Positions 8,901-16,563 of a DNA stretch of 30,610 nt are shown piece by piece. The stretch comes from Bacteroidota bacterium (GTDB lineage: Bacteria; Bacteroidota; Bacteroidia; Cytophagales; ES-bin-26). Each line of letters starts with the position of its first letter. Position 1 is the first letter of the stretch. The translations under genes were made by a program, and so were the position numbers. The DNA lies in the NCBI GenBank assembly GCA_040385915.1, contig JAZKGK010000153.1:12466-43075 (forward strand). The letters run 5' to 3'. The notes beneath the pieces were generated by a model. That model saw only the letters and a program-made list of their open reading frames with translations. It had not been told where the DNA came from and did not search any database.

Positions 8901-10110
8901 TAAGGGCGAAGTAAAAGTGACTGTATCGATAAAGAGGACGAATGAAAAGCAATGGATTGTCATAGCAGTGGAGGATACGGGCATTGGTATACCTTCGGAT
9001 AGAATCAATAAAATCTTTGACCGTTTCTATCAGGTAGACAGCTCGCACACCCGCGAGTTTGAAGGCACCGGCATTGGTTTGACCTTGACCAAAGAACTCG
9101 TAGAGTTGCAGCAAGGCACGATTGGCGTAACCAGTACCGTAGGCGAAGGCACCTGCTTTACCGTAGAACTCCCCCTGCTGGAAGTAGCCCATGAATTACT
9201 ACTGCCCCAGCCGGAGCAACCACCAAGCGAATTGCAGCAAGTCCAGCAGTTAATTCTCGAAGAAAAGATTTTTTTGGAAGAACATCTACCAAGCCCAGCA
9301 GATGAGCACGCGCCCCTGCTGTTGGTGGTGGAGGACAATGCCGACTTGCGTACCTACATTCGTAATATTTTCCAAGACCGCTACCGGATAATAGAGGCCT
9401 CCAATGGCGAGGAAGGGCTACAAATGGCCCTGGAAACCATTCCTGACCTGATCGTAAGTGATTGGATGATGCCCAAGATGGATGGCGTACAACTGTGCCA
9501 CCAACTCAAGACGGATGAGCGCACCAGCCATATCCCGATGATTTTATTGACCGCCAAAGCTACTGTGCAAAGCAAAATTGAGGGCTTAGAAACGGGAGCC
9601 GATGACTATATTACCAAGCCTTTTCATACCGAGGAGCTTTTCGTCCGGGCGAAAAATTTGATTGCCCAACGCAAAAGCTTACGAGAACGCTGGAATAAAG
9701 AATTTACTGTGGCTCCTCCAGTAGCAATCACCTCTCCTAAACCGATGTCTGCGCTTACGGTAAATGTGTTGGACGAGAAATTTTTGCAGCGGGTAATCCG
9801 TGTAATCGAAGCGAATATCGAGAATCCAGACTTTACTATCGAATCGATGGAAAAAGAAGTGGGCATGAGCCATACCAACTTAAACCGCAAGGTAAAAGCA
9901 CTCACCAATCAAGCGCCCAGTGAATTTATGCGACACTATCGGTTGCAGAAAGCCGCTCACTTACTGTCTCAACACACCAACAATGTATCAGAAGTAGCTT
10001 ACCAGGTAGGATTTGCCAACTTATCTTATTTCACCAAATGTTTCCGGCAAATGTACGGCACTACGCCTTCCGAATATACTGGCCAGCAGCCTCCTATCGA
10101 ACGGCCTTAA
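5995..10110 (+). CDS. Hybrid two-component system sensor histidine kinase/response regulator with AraC-type output (HTCS)
   Basis: 1372 aa, domains in order:
- Signal peptide.
- About 14 repeats of the two-component-regulator beta-propeller motif (…LWIGT..GL..FD…).
- Y_Y_Y-like region, then a TM segment (AYILYVALFIAMM).
- HisKA (FFTSISHELRTPLTLI).
- HATPase_c (NLLANALKFTP…VEDTGIGIP…GTGIGLTLTKELV).
- REC (LLLVVEDNADLR…DLIVSDWMMPKMDG…ILLTAKA).
- AraC HTH (…MRHYRLQKAAHLL…GFANLSYFTKCFRQMYGTTPSEY).
ATG at 5995; the track's 5992 is a TTG. Confidence 0.9.
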   Translation: MKSLVLFSLCLSMLALKLYGQTDNVHFEQLSTKEGLSHSIVTCTLQDKEGFMWIGTQDGLNRFDGYNFLLFEHDPHDNTSISNNAITCLYEDLEGHLWIGTESGLNKFDKKTNTFQVYRHDPANPQSISHDLIRTIYADRANILWIGNYAGLNKFNKQTNTCILYEHAPQHPNKWAYNQINKIYEDRQGNFWLGTNQGISHFDRKSFQFTRYTLPTVSSHDIDPRHAVRDMMEDRTGVLWVATTGDGLAAFDRKTTQFKVYVPQPKDSHSIRSSHIMALLEDSFGTLWIGTQDKGLCRFDRSKNTFIHNKPKPALLKATGRDAVTSIYEDRSKVLWVGTYEAGLKKIDLLRKQFAHLFHEPGNDNSIRQNDVTALYEDHLGAIWIGNGAGLDKLDRSNGQYIHYDYPAPAPKNLWENNTTCIYEDQAGHLWIGLLGGGLKKFDRATHRFTSYLHNPSDSTSLPHALVNTIYQDKQGTLWLGTRFGLARLEEGKGRFINYKPPFLKTQAFEITKIIEDSQGELWLAADQYGLMKFNPSTGHFTPYAYKEATFRSKATAIHNLYEDRTGLLWLCLQEGGLLCLNSKTGSCRAIMEPKALTKTVINGILADGKGDLWLSTSKNGLYHFNPATAALTIYDALDGLQANEFSGACFKSITGEMYFGGKNGFNIFHPDSIQHNPYAPPVAISSFKVFDKPRNLSQVITLPYYDNFLSFDFVALSYAFPSKNQYAYQLEGFDQEWVQAGTRRYASFTNLQPGEYVFRVKAANHDGAWNEKGASVKIIISPPLWRTVGAYILYVALFIAMMDGLRRYIISQERLKNNLLLSSLESEKLMELDQLKSRFFTSISHELRTPLTLILSPLEKNLASADKGRFFEQEVRLMHRNAKRLLELINQLLDISKLEAKKMQWEATPGDMMPLLKATVFSFLSLAESKQIKLTFESNLESLITLFDKDKLEKIITNLLANALKFTPKGEVKVTVSIKRTNEKQWIVIAVEDTGIGIPSDRINKIFDRFYQVDSSHTREFEGTGIGLTLTKELVELQQGTIGVTSTVGEGTCFTVELPLLEVAHELLLPQPEQPPSELQQVQQLILEEKIFLEEHLPSPADEHAPLLLVVEDNADLRTYIRNIFQDRYRIIEASNGEEGLQMALETIPDLIVSDWMMPKMDGVQLCHQLKTDERTSHIPMILLTAKATVQSKIEGLETGADDYITKPFHTEELFVRAKNLIAQRKSLRERWNKEFTVAPPVAITSPKPMSALTVNVLDEKFLQRVIRVIEANIENPDFTIESMEKEVGMSHTNLNRKVKALTNQAPSEFMRHYRLQKAAHLLSQHTNNVSEVAYQVGFANLSYFTKCFRQMYGTTPSEYTGQQPPIERP

Positions 10111-10185
10111 GCTTTACCGCTATTCCACCCGAAACAATCACTAAGTTATACGTATAAGCTAAAGTTCACCAATTGTTAGCTGCGT

Positions 10186-11367
10186 ATGAATCAGTTGTCA
10201 AGTGTAAACTCCCTTTTTCGCTCTTTCTGGCAAGCCGGTTTTGAGTGTGCCGATCACCTCAATTACCATGGCGATCGAGTAGATTTACTGAAGGAAACCG
10301 CCCACGATGTCTTAATAGACGAAGATTATGCTGCCCTGGCTCCCTTCCAAATTCAAACCGTGCGCGAAGGCATTCGTTGGAATCGGGTAGAAAAGAAGCC
10401 CGGCCTCTATGATTGGACGGACGTAATAGAAAGAATAGAAGCGGGGCAAAGAAATGGCATTCAACAGCTTTGGGACATTTGTCACTTTGGTTTTCCCGAC
10501 GATTTGTCTCCTCTGCAGCCACACTTTTCTGAGCGCCTCGCTTCTGTAAGTCAGGCGTTTGTCCAGCTCTGGCATTCGCTTTCCGACGAGCCCCTGATTG
10601 TAACACCTATCAATGAAATAAGCTTTTTGTCGTGGCTGGGTGGAGAAGTGAAAGGCACGGTTCCTTATACCACCGAACGAGGATTTGAGCTCAAGTACGA
10701 ACTGGTAAAAGCGGCCATTGCATCCATAGAAGCCATTTGGCAGGTGGATCCCCAGGTAAGGATTTTGCATACCGAGCCCTTGGTCTATATTCTTCCGGTG
10801 GGTGACGAGCCAGAAATGATAGCACAAGCAGCGCAAGCCAATGAAATACAGTTTCAAACCCTGGATATGCTGTCAGGCAGCATGTGCCCAGAGCTAGGAG
10901 GGCGCAAGGAATACCTCGACCTGATTGGCCTGAACTACTATTTTGATAATCAATGGGAACACGAACGTACCCGCATTCGATGGGAAGAGCCCCGCGATCG
11001 GCGCTGGAAACCTTTATCGGTGCTTTTGCAGGAAGTATATAGCCGATATAACCGCCCGATGACTATTTCTGAAACCAGCCATTTGGGCGTTGGGCGCGGA
11101 GATTGGATTTTGGAAATAGCCAGGGAATGCTGCCAAGCAATCGAAAATGGAGTCGATCTCCAAGGCATTTGCCTATATCCTATCCTCGACCGACCCGATT
11201 GGGATAACCTTAACCTGTACCATAACTCCGGCCTGTGGGATTTGGAACACCATCCAAATAAGCCTCCCAAGCGGGTTTTGTGTGAACACTATGCCAAAGA
11301 TCTACTCAAGGCCCAGCAAACACTAAACACCCACATGCCCCTCAAAGCCAGGTGGATCTATGCTTGA
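10186..11367 (+). CDS. Glycoside hydrolase family 1-like (clan GH-A) protein, cytoplasmic; paralog a
   Basis: 393 aa. GH1-like signatures: acid/base-like 'IVTPINEISF' (T-x-NEP analogue), nucleophile-like 'MTISETSHLG' (ITENG analogue), and 'DICHFGFPDDL' resembling GH1 'HWDLPQ.L'. No signal peptide. About 55% identical to the next gene. Confidence 0.6.
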   Translation: MNQLSSVNSLFRSFWQAGFECADHLNYHGDRVDLLKETAHDVLIDEDYAALAPFQIQTVREGIRWNRVEKKPGLYDWTDVIERIEAGQRNGIQQLWDICHFGFPDDLSPLQPHFSERLASVSQAFVQLWHSLSDEPLIVTPINEISFLSWLGGEVKGTVPYTTERGFELKYELVKAAIASIEAIWQVDPQVRILHTEPLVYILPVGDEPEMIAQAAQANEIQFQTLDMLSGSMCPELGGRKEYLDLIGLNYYFDNQWEHERTRIRWEEPRDRRWKPLSVLLQEVYSRYNRPMTISETSHLGVGRGDWILEIARECCQAIENGVDLQGICLYPILDRPDWDNLNLYHNSGLWDLEHHPNKPPKRVLCEHYAKDLLKAQQTLNTHMPLKARWIYA

Positions 11368-11629
11368 CAGTCATCAACTATGTACTCTCATTTCGTATAG
11401 AATGGCTGACTGAGATAAATTCTTGTCATTTATGGGTAAATACTAAATAAACCATTTGCCAGCAAAACATGTCTGTCATAGCATAGTCGTTCTTTTTCAG
11501 TATTTTATTTAAACCAATTGAATTATATATACAAACATTTTAGACAAAACTTACTTGATCTAAACCAACCAAATAACGTCCGATTTAGAATGATCTATAA
11601 GGGTATTTTTGTTGCACTATTTTTATCAC

Positions 11630-12826
11630 ATGAACACAGAAACTATTTTTAAAACGAATCCTTTGTTTCGTTCTTTTTGGCAGGCTGGTTTTGAGTGCGC
11701 CGATCATTTAAACTGCCACGGTGATCGGGTTAATATTTTGAAAGAAACATTTCACGATGTATTGGCCGAAGAGGATTATGCTCGTTTAATTCCACTAAAT
11801 CTGCTCACTGTTCGAGAGGGAATTTGCTGGAATACAGTAGAGAAAATACCAGGACAATACGATTGGAGCGAAGTAATTAACCGGATTGAGGCTGGCAAAG
11901 AAGCTGGTATACAACAAATCTGGGACATCTGTCATTTTGGGTATCCCGACGATTTATCGCCTTTCCAGCCCCGCTTTGCGGAACGCTTTGCCAATATATG
12001 CCGGGCTTTTGCCGTACTGTGGCGTTCGCTCAGTGATGAAACGCTGATTGTGACCCCCATTAATGAAATCAGCTTTATTTCCTGGCTCGGCGGTGAGATC
12101 AAGCAGACTGTACCCTATACACAAGGCCTGGGTTTTGAAGTTAAACGCGCGTTGGTTAAAGCCTGCATCGCGGGCATGGAAGCCATATGGGAAGTAGACC
12201 CGGAAGCCCGATTTTTGCATACCGAGCCCTTGATATACGTGTTGCCGGGCGACGACCAGCCCCAAACCCTGGCCGAAGTAGCAGCCATTAATGAAGACCG
12301 TTTCCAGGCGCTCGACATGCTAGCCGGAAAACTGCATCCAGAACTGGGCGGCAAGCCTGAATACCTGGATATTATTGGCCTCGATTTTTACTACAATAAT
12401 CAGTGGATACATTTTGGCTCGCGCGTGCAATGGGAAGCCCCCCAAGATCCCCGCTGGATACCGTTATCGCAGTTGCTGAAGCAAGTCTACGATCGGTATA
12501 ACCGTCCTTTGGTGTTGGCGGAAACCAGCCATCTGGGCATTGGCCGGGGAGAATGGGTGAGGGAAATAGGGCAGGAATGTCAGCAAGCCCTGGCAGAAGG
12601 AGTGGATTTATGGGGTGTTTGTCTGTATCCCATCATCGACCGTCCCGACTGGGATAACCTGAGCCACTACCACAATTCAGGTCTGTGGGACGTAATCCTT
12701 AAGCCTGGGTTTCCTTCGGAGCGGGTTTTATGTGAACATTACGCCAAAGATTTGCTGATGGCTCAACTCCAATTGAGTCCATACATACCTCATAGACAGT
12801 CTATTGAAGTTTCGAAATTAGCATAG
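11630..12826 (+). CDS. Glycoside hydrolase family 1-like (clan GH-A) protein, cytoplasmic; paralog b (tandem duplicate of 10186..11367)
   Basis: Same motif set as paralog a (FRSFWQAGFECADHLN, TPINEISF, LAETSHLG). Start taken at ATG 11630 (MNTETIF…), which aligns with the paralog-a N-terminus. The track's 11609 is a TTG. A TATTTTTG motif (11604..11611) just upstream resembles the Bacteroidetes -7 promoter element. Confidence 0.6.
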   Translation: MNTETIFKTNPLFRSFWQAGFECADHLNCHGDRVNILKETFHDVLAEEDYARLIPLNLLTVREGICWNTVEKIPGQYDWSEVINRIEAGKEAGIQQIWDICHFGYPDDLSPFQPRFAERFANICRAFAVLWRSLSDETLIVTPINEISFISWLGGEIKQTVPYTQGLGFEVKRALVKACIAGMEAIWEVDPEARFLHTEPLIYVLPGDDQPQTLAEVAAINEDRFQALDMLAGKLHPELGGKPEYLDIIGLDFYYNNQWIHFGSRVQWEAPQDPRWIPLSQLLKQVYDRYNRPLVLAETSHLGIGRGEWVREIGQECQQALAEGVDLWGVCLYPIIDRPDWDNLSHYHNSGLWDVILKPGFPSERVLCEHYAKDLLMAQLQLSPYIPHRQSIEVSKLA

Positions 12827-14288
12827 CAGCATCTCCCGCTATTGCTGGAATATCTATTGTCAGGGTTTCTGACGTGAGCAGTGAGAAAGGCTCCAAGGTA
12901 TGGCGTTCGCCGGTCAGCGTATTCCAGACCACCACCGAGTACAGTCCCGCTTCCATGGCTGAAACCCTGATTTTTGCCTTTTGGGGCAATAGGTTAGGGT
13001 GAAGCAAGCCTTCGGCAGTAAGGTCTTTTGTTTGAAGAAACCAAAGAATGACCTGCTTTTCGTTTCCGCAAGCAAATCCCTTAAAAAAGCTAGGAGAAAT
13101 TTTCACCTGCGCATCCAGATTTGTTCTTGAAAAAAATTGCCAATCCACGTCTTGAATAAATGCAGCCAATACCTTTTGGGCTTGACGCATACCCTGCGTC
13201 AGTACGTGTGGATGGCGATAAGGCCAGCGAAAGCCTCCACCCGCGCCACCTGCGGCCAGATGCGCCCATTGCATATGTCGGAAATACTGATCGTCAAAAC
13301 ACGCTGGCAAAGTGCCCTGTTTTCGTCGGAAACTGCGGTCGGGGCCGTGCTCGCTGTCCAGAAATGGCCGGCCGTCCCGAATGTGGCGCAAGGCCTCTCG
13401 CGTGAGTACGCCCGTTTGCAAAGCTGGCTTTACCGTATTGGAAGGCAGCCGAATGGAGGCATCATAGAAGTGGACACTGGCAAAGTCCAGGAGTGGATGC
13501 CGAAAAATGACTTCGCTTAGGTCGGGGTGCTTCTTTAATACGGGACTGTATACCGATACCGTTTGCAAGTGCGCCCGTCCGTGGATATCCATTTCCAGTT
13601 CGCGCAGATAGCGGCTCATCTCGCTCACCCAGGCATGCAAAGTCTGGCTATCGTGACCCGCATGTGCCGGGTCGATTTCATTCCACAAGTCCCAGGCAAA
13701 AAGCGCCCCGCTACTGCCCCAGCGCCGCGTGGCAAAAGCAAGCCGGGCTTTGATCGCCGATAAAGTTGCCGGACAAGTAAGCCATTGGGAAGGACGTTGG
13801 CAAAAACCGCCATTCGCCCGGTTGTATGGATGTTTAGCCCAGCGTTTCCGCATCCAGAAGGTGTCATACGGCGTAAGCAGGATACGCAAGCCGTGCTTGG
13901 CACAAAGCGCGAATACATCGTCCCACAGCATAATAATATTCGGCTGAAAAACACCTGCCGGACGTTCTAAATAGCGGTTTTCGGTATGGCAGTACTCCAA
14001 CATCAGCCGTAAACAAGTAACGCCGTGAGAGACCAGCGTTGAAAAATACTGATCGACACTGTTGACATCTTTCCGGCGAAAAAGCCCCGCCAAGTCCGGC
14101 CAGGTAATGGCATCGTTCTGGCCAATGGGCGTCCAATTCTCTCCTTGGTCCGTCAAAAAGTAAGGCGCATGCGGGGCTACCTGTATCCAGGGCAAGGAAA
14201 AGGGATGAATAGGTACTGCTTGACTCTTGGATTGATTGGAAGGAAATAGGCGATTAGGGAACGTTACTCTATCACTGCTGTCTGCCAT
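12801..14288 (-). CDS. Glycoside hydrolase family 5-like (clan GH-A) hydrolase, cytoplasmic
   Basis: 'AWDLWNEID' matches the GH5 acid/base NEP strand and 'FLDSEHGP' is a candidate nucleophile strand. About 495 aa, no signal peptide. ATG start at 14288 (MADSSDRV) is preferred over the TTG at 14318. The 3' end overlaps the convergent paralog-b gene by 26 bp. Confidence 0.55.
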   Translation of the reverse strand: MADSSDRVTFPNRLFPSNQSKSQAVPIHPFSLPWIQVAPHAPYFLTDQGENWTPIGQNDAITWPDLAGLFRRKDVNSVDQYFSTLVSHGVTCLRLMLEYCHTENRYLERPAGVFQPNIIMLWDDVFALCAKHGLRILLTPYDTFWMRKRWAKHPYNRANGGFCQRPSQWLTCPATLSAIKARLAFATRRWGSSGALFAWDLWNEIDPAHAGHDSQTLHAWVSEMSRYLRELEMDIHGRAHLQTVSVYSPVLKKHPDLSEVIFRHPLLDFASVHFYDASIRLPSNTVKPALQTGVLTREALRHIRDGRPFLDSEHGPDRSFRRKQGTLPACFDDQYFRHMQWAHLAAGGAGGGFRWPYRHPHVLTQGMRQAQKVLAAFIQDVDWQFFSRTNLDAQVKISPSFFKGFACGNEKQVILWFLQTKDLTAEGLLHPNLLPQKAKIRVSAMEAGLYSVVVWNTLTGERHTLEPFSLLTSETLTIDIPAIAGDAAMLISKLQ

Positions 14289-14315
14289 GGCTCGTTCGAT
14301 TGCCGGATTGTTAAA

Positions 14316-14376
14316 CAAAAGAAAGGAAAAAGCCCCAATACTACCTTACAGTAGGGAGGCTTTTTCCTTTCTTTTG
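14316..14376 (-). promoter_or_regulatory. Hairpin between the third GH1-like gene and the GH5-like gene (19-bp perfect stem, 23-nt loop)
   Basis: caaaagaaaggaaaaagcc (14316..14334) pairs with ggctttttcctttcttttg (14358..14376). Lies 28 bp upstream of the preferred GH5 start codon and between two co-directional genes. Confidence 0.4.
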
Positions 14377-14386
14377 TCAAATTTGC

Positions 14387-15613
14387 TTATACGAACGTGG
14401 GTTTTGGCAGATGATTAATCGAAAATACATGGCCAGCCTCTTTCATTTCAGCCGTATATTGAGCTATAATGTTGTGATAAGCTTCTCCTACCGGTCTTAT
14501 TTTACGGTCAATGTCGTATAGTCCAAACGCATTGACGTTTCCATTGTCTTCCCGCAAAGCCGTATCCCAATCTATCTGGTCAATAAGGCTGTACCAAGTG
14601 AAACCAACCACGGGTATACCCTCTTGTTTGAGCCGCAACAATTCATTCCATTGTTGATGTAGCCAAGCCACCGCTTTTTCAGCACCAATATTGGTTTCCG
14701 TATACATCACCGGAACGCGGTAACGATCGTAGTATTGGCGCGCTACCTGGTAAAATCCCAGGCCGTTAAAAAAGTCGCTGGTGCGTCCGTCTGGGTGCAC
14801 CATGTGTTCATTATGGGCATAGTAATCGGCTCCAATGACCCATTTACCCCGGCAAGGATGGTTACGAAACCAAGCATATTCATCTTTGGTCATTCCGTGG
14901 TGCAGCAAATAATCCTGCATCAGTTGACTGGAAGGATAACCGCAGGTCAGATCATAGGGCAAGAACCGCTTTTGGTTGAGGAAATCGGCTTTTTCATGGC
15001 AGGCGTCAGTCTCGGTATGGAAATATTCCCAGCCTTCACTTTGGATAAATACGGCCTCTGGTTGTATACTCAAAATGGCGTCCATCGCCAGCAAATTGGC
15101 TTTGCACATGTGCTTTAGGGCTGTAACAAAGCCATGTTCATCGGCAAGTCGCTCGTTCCACCAGCCGAACTGTGCCGAAAAAATGGCACAAATATTTATT
15201 TCATTCACAGGTGTATACAAGCGTAAATCTGGGAATCGTTTGGCAAAGGCCAGTGCATATTCCGCGAAATGAGCCGGGAAGTCGGGGTTCTGAAAATTGC
15301 CTAACCAATCAGGGACACCGAAATGGCATAAGTCGACAATGGGCGTAATTCCCATGGCTTTCATGGCAGCAAAAGTTTCATCAGTAAAGTGCCAGTCATA
15401 TTGGCCAGGTGCTAAGTGGGTAGCATAATAAGGCGGCCCGTAGCGTAAAAATTGCATCCCACTTTCCCGAACCAAACGAAAGTCTTCGCGCCAGCGCTGA
15501 TAATGCCCAGCCTTTTCCATTTCGTCTACGCGCTTGGTGGTACCATTCGGCAGCACAATGGTAGGGTAACTATTTTCAATGCCAGTGGCAAACATAAAAG
15601 GTAATTGATTCAT
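14387..15613 (-). CDS. Glycoside hydrolase family 1-like (clan GH-A) protein, cytoplasmic; divergent third paralog
   Basis: 408 aa. N-terminal 'FMFATGIENSYP'. 'GITPIVDLCHFGVPDWL' resembles GH1 'GIEPfVTLyHWDlPqaL'. Acid/base-like 'YTPVNEIN' and nucleophile-like 'MYTETNIG' (ITENG-like). No signal peptide. Confidence 0.6.
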   Translation of the reverse strand: MNQLPFMFATGIENSYPTIVLPNGTTKRVDEMEKAGHYQRWREDFRLVRESGMQFLRYGPPYYATHLAPGQYDWHFTDETFAAMKAMGITPIVDLCHFGVPDWLGNFQNPDFPAHFAEYALAFAKRFPDLRLYTPVNEINICAIFSAQFGWWNERLADEHGFVTALKHMCKANLLAMDAILSIQPEAVFIQSEGWEYFHTETDACHEKADFLNQKRFLPYDLTCGYPSSQLMQDYLLHHGMTKDEYAWFRNHPCRGKWVIGADYYAHNEHMVHPDGRTSDFFNGLGFYQVARQYYDRYRVPVMYTETNIGAEKAVAWLHQQWNELLRLKQEGIPVVGFTWYSLIDQIDWDTALREDNGNVNAFGLYDIDRKIRPVGEAYHNIIAQYTAEMKEAGHVFSINHLPKPTFV

Positions 15614-15861
15614 AGCTGATAGGTAGTTGATGGACTAATCAATGGGTTGGCCGAGCCTGCTTTCCAACAGTGGGGCAAGCATAAAAATCAATGGATAATA
15701 ATTATGGAAAACAAGACTACATACAAGAAAATCAATGTGTTAGCTATTTGTTTTTGCTTTAACAAAGTAAATACTTGCCTCCTTACTTAACCATACATTA
15801 TTACAAATTATCCTACACCAATAAAACTTTCCTGAGGCATCAACGGAAGAAAATCAGCCCA

Positions 15862-15903
15862 TAAAAAAGCCCTTTGTAAATGATTCATTTACAAAGGGCT
15901 TTT
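15862..15903 (-). terminator. Rho-independent terminator (bidirectional-capable) downstream of cvpA
   Basis: aagccctttgtaaatg / catttacaaagggctt forms a 16-bp stem with a 3-nt loop. It is flanked by AAAAA on the plus strand (U-tract for the minus-strand transcript) and TTT on the other side. Confidence 0.75.
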
Positions 15904-15942
15904 CATATAAGTGAAGTGGTTATTCAGTGCTTACGCTTCGGT

Positions 15943-16473
15943 CTATTTGCTGTGACCGTTGCCTTGCAGCAGCTTTTTGAGGGAGTCGAGCAGGTCGCTA
16001 CCCATGGGGAATAAGGCTAGCGCTTTGTTAATAATGGTGGGGGCAAAGGGCTTAATGTAGGGATATAAATAGCTTTTACTAGTCACTTCTGCCGGAAGCA
16101 CAACGCCCACCGCATTGACCAGCCACAGAAACACGCTGATACCAAATGCCCAGGTAAATATGCCTATAAACGCGCCAGCCATACTGTCGAATTTGCCCAA
16201 CAGCGTATAACGAAGGCTTTTCCGTAAAAGAAAACCTAGTTTATTGACCAGAAAAATAATGGGGAAAAAGATAATGGAGAAGCCAAAATACGGGAGGAAG
16301 CGGTTATTGTTACCCACGTAAGGCGTCAGGAATGACAGGCTTACGTTCAGCAGTTTGAAGCCGATAACTACCGCTAGGATAAAGGCCACGATTGCCACAA
16401 TCTCTAGTAATAACCCTTTCCGGTAGCCCTGATACGCGCCCCAGAACAAAAAAAGACCGATAAATAAATCCAA
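15943..16473 (-). CDS. cvpA: CvpA family membrane protein (colicin V production protein-like)
   Basis: 176 aa with four hydrophobic helices. The N-terminus MDLFIGLFLFWGAYQGYRKGLL is typical of CvpA. Confidence 0.75.
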   Translation of the reverse strand: MDLFIGLFLFWGAYQGYRKGLLLEIVAIVAFILAVVIGFKLLNVSLSFLTPYVGNNNRFLPYFGFSIIFFPIIFLVNKLGFLLRKSLRYTLLGKFDSMAGAFIGIFTWAFGISVFLWLVNAVGVVLPAEVTSKSYLYPYIKPFAPTIINKALALFPMGSDLLDSLKKLLQGNGHSK

Positions 16474-16497
16474 AGTAAAAGACAGATGTGTAAATTA

Positions 16498-16549
16498 GTA
16501 GAGGTGCAGATGAGTAGCTAAAAGCCTATCTACTCATCTGCACCTCTAC
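16498..16549 (-). terminator. 20-bp perfect inverted repeat with 12-nt loop between ilvC and cvpA (candidate terminator or partial terminator)
   Basis: gtagaggtgcagatgagtag … ctactcatctgcacctctac, located 15 bp past the ilvC stop. The U-tract is weak, so function is uncertain. Confidence 0.45.
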
Positions 16550-16563
16550 ACATCTACTTATTG

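Noticed and set aside
8529-9338. Minus-strand ORFs (159, 123 and 102 aa) inside the hybrid sensor kinase gene
   Set aside because: They lie entirely antisense to a strongly supported 1372-aa CDS. They have low-complexity Ser/Cys-rich composition and no motifs. They are shadow ORFs.
10312-11270. Minus-strand ORFs 10312..10857 (181 aa) and 10950..11270 (106 aa) inside the first GH1-like gene
   Set aside because: They are antisense to a CDS that has a conserved paralog in tandem. No motifs. Shadow ORFs.
13137-14136. Plus-strand and alternative-frame ORFs within the GH5-like gene
   Set aside because: They overlap a CDS with a clear GH5 NEP motif. They have no signal, no motifs and an Arg/Pro-rich GC-frame artefact composition.
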